In this document: positions 61,956 to 64,000 of the stretch, piece after piece | Layout of the letters: every line of letters begins with the position of its first letter | Position numbering within the stretch: the first letter of the stretch is position 1 | DNA from: Aureliella sp. | GTDB taxonomy: Bacteria > Planctomycetota > Planctomycetia > Pirellulales > Pirellulaceae | DNA: 64,000 bases | Assembly (NCBI GenBank): GCA_963691875.1 | Contig: OY829846.1 | Span: 1,184,001 to 1,248,000, forward strand | Direction: 5' to 3' | Translations under genes and position numbers: made by a program | Notes under the pieces: generated by a model | Told to the model about the DNA's origin: nothing | Database searches by the model: none | Seen by the model: the letters and a program-made list of their open reading frames with translations, nothing else

Positions 61956-62793
61956 ATGCAACAGCATGTTACAGATTTGAAGCAACTGGAACTTTACTGC
62001 GATCAGAACTGTTTTGTCCCGGGAGATCCAGACCGCCTGATGCAATGGTTCATCAACCTGGTCACCAATTCCCTGGGAGCTTTACCCGAGGACGGAATCA
62101 CACGTGTGGTGAGAGTCCATGTTTATCGCGAAAAGGGAGAAACGATCGCCATCGTTCGAGATAGCGAAAACGGTGTTCCAGAAGGGATCTAGTCGCGGCT
62201 CTTCGCCCCATTCTTCTCGACGAATGACACCAGCATTGGCTTGGGTCTCGCGATCCGGCGATTGACTGTGGACGAAGCAAAGGCTGAAATGAGCTTCGGA
62301 AGTTAGCCCGGAAAGCGAACGGCAAGCCATGTCGCATTTCAAGAGCATACGGGAAAACCTGAAGCCGAAGTGGAATCGCCCTCCCTTGCTTCAACGCCTG
62401 CAATTTAAGGGCGAACTCTTGTCATCGGTGACGAGCCAGCCGTGCAAAGTAGTTTTAGAGGAATGCTACCTAAACCTGACCTCGTCACCATTTCCGACGC
62501 TTATTCGGCGTTAGATTATCCGGCGAGAGAGATACTGCTCAAAGAGCAATTTGAAGTCATATTCTGCGATGTCGCCATGCCCGGAATATCCGGAATTGAA
62601 CTCTGGAAACAGCCGTAGGATCGAGGACGCATTGAATCGATCATGTTCATCCATATCTATGGCGGTAGTCTGGAGTAATACAAATCCCAGTATCGGAAGC
62701 TCGAAGCGGGGTTTCTTCAAAAGCCTTTTCGCATCACCGATATCGATGATCTTGCTTCAAAACATAACATCAAAGGCACCGACAGATCCTTAA
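61956..62793 (+). pseudogene. Decayed hybrid histidine kinase (HATPase + receiver), five in-frame stops (ends approximate)
   Basis: One frame reads GDPDRLMQWFINLVTNS...RDSENGVP..I*SRLFAPFFST..IGLGLAI...S*PGK...*GRTLVIGDEPAV...IFCDVAMPGISGIEL...FLQKPF; stops at 62190, 62304, 62406, 62616, 62676. Confidence 0.8.
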
Positions 62794-62969
62794 TTGGGAG
62801 CGAAACTGGCAAGTTCCTCGCTATCGTTTTCGGTCCGCGGATGCCCCAAAATCTCAATGTTGTTGCAACATTCTGGATGTTCGTGCAGCTAGGTGAATTT
62901 TAGTGATGATCTGTGTTAGCATTGAAAGCGATTGCACGCTGTAATCGACCGAAAGCCTGGAGCTGACCG

Positions 62970-64000
62970 TTGGATAATGAAGCCTTTGACTACACCACAT
63001 TGGGAGACCCCACAAACTATAGCCCATCTACTCATGCTGGCCAAAATGTCGAATTCAAGTCAAGCTTTCGACGGACCGAGTTTGGTGACGACTATGTTTT
63101 GCTTGATGTTGTCGGACGTGGTGGGATGGGAATTGTCTATCAGGCTCATCAGAAAAGCGTCAATCGATCAGTCGCTCTGAAGATGATTCAAAGTGGAGGC
63201 GCGGCTTCGGATGAAGAATTAGGGCGTTTTTAAGTCGAGGGGGAAGCGACCGCCAAGTTGTCTCACCCGAATATCGTTCCATTATTTGACAGTGGAGAGT
63301 CTCAAGGGCAACGCTATATGACCATGGAGTTTCTTTCCGGTGGGACACTCTCCGAAACGCTTGCCCAAAATCCGCTATCAGCAACAGAGGCTGCAGACAT
63401 AGTTCTGCAACTTTCGGAAGCTGTAGGGTTCGCGCACTCGCAGGGAGTTATCCATCGAGATATCAAGCCTGGCAATGTCCTTCTCACAAAAGATGGAGTT
63501 CCGAAGTTAGCTGATTTTGGGCTGGCCAAACTTGCCGACGGAAACAATTTTACAGTTACGGGACAGACTCTCGGCACTCCAGCCTTTATGCCTCCAGAGC
63601 AGGCTCAGCCGGGATCGGAGCAAATTAGTCCTGCTGCAGACATCTATTCTCTCGGAGCGGTTCTTTACGCGGCGATAACGGGAAACGCTCCCTTCAAAGC
63701 GCATTCGACGCTGGAAGTGCTGCGAGCTGTACTGCACGACTATCCTGTTGCCCCCGGCAAAGTCGTGCGCAACATCCCCAAAGACTTAGAGACAATCTGC
63801 CTAAAATGCTTTGAAAAGGAGCCTAATGGCCGATATGCAACAGCAGAAGCATTAGCCTGCGACCTACGACACTTCCTGGCTGATGAGCCAATCGATGCAA
63901 GGCCAACGAGCCTCTTGGCGGCTTCATGGCGTTGGTACACTGGCAGCCGCGAGTCTGCAATCTGGATGGCCGGAGGATTTGCGACGGTGATGGGAATCAT
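62970..64000 (+). pseudogene. Ser/Thr protein kinase with in-frame TAA at 63231-63233; runs off the window
   Basis: VGRGGMGIVY, VALKMI, then RF*VEGEATAKLSHPNIV, HRDIKPGN, DFGLA, GTPAFMPPEQ, DIYSLG, all in one frame to the window end. Confidence 0.88.

Noticed and set aside
61524..62045. 173-aa minus-strand ORF
   Set aside because: It overlaps the kinase remnant on the other strand and shows no recognisable domain.
1..64000. Stop-codon reassignment or programmed readthrough as the explanation for in-frame stops
   Set aside because: Intact genes here end at TAA, TAG and TGA. The interrupted positions imply different residues (Glu at 1378, Tyr at 4745, probably Gln at 63231), and the same loci show other decay.
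1..64000. tRNA, rRNA, prophage, defence system or intact transposase
   Set aside because: No such signatures recognised by eye; a covariance-model or HMM scan would be needed to exclude small RNAs.

Overview
64 kb of bacterial chromosome (about 50-55% GC by eye), almost certainly a planctomycete of the Pirellula/Rhodopirellula type. The assignment rests on two PSD1/planctomycete-cytochrome-c + DUF1501 pairs, a DUF1592/DUF1552 pair, sulfatases, DUF1080, ECF sigma/Ser-Thr kinase remnants and an isolated fhcC/fwdC. I saw no rRNA, tRNA, CRISPR array or intact mobile element. Main modules: (i) a secreted Cys-rich tandem-repeat protein (EPTCGCEVA units separated by basic GLLARLKA helices), divergent from a lipoprotein thioredoxin, which is the best candidate for an undescribed system; (ii) a DUF1080-TauD-MFS-PSD1-DUF1501-sulfatase catabolic cluster; (iii) imuA-imuB with no dnaE2 after it, only a scar of several degenerate repeat types; (iv) an ArsR-rhodanese-TauE-persulfide dioxygenase/rhodanese-DsrE sulfur operon with two matching palindromic operators; (v) a desaturase, AbgT, a YghO/bacterial-ceramide-synthase-like GNAT, an MMPL transporter and an oxoprolinase. 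All four kinase-containing signalling loci (two hybrid histidine kinases, an ECF/Ser-Thr kinase pair, a Ser-Thr kinase) carry in-frame nonsense codons, while the metabolic genes are intact apart from one frameshifted sulfatase. All product calls come from motifs read by eye; no database searches were run.
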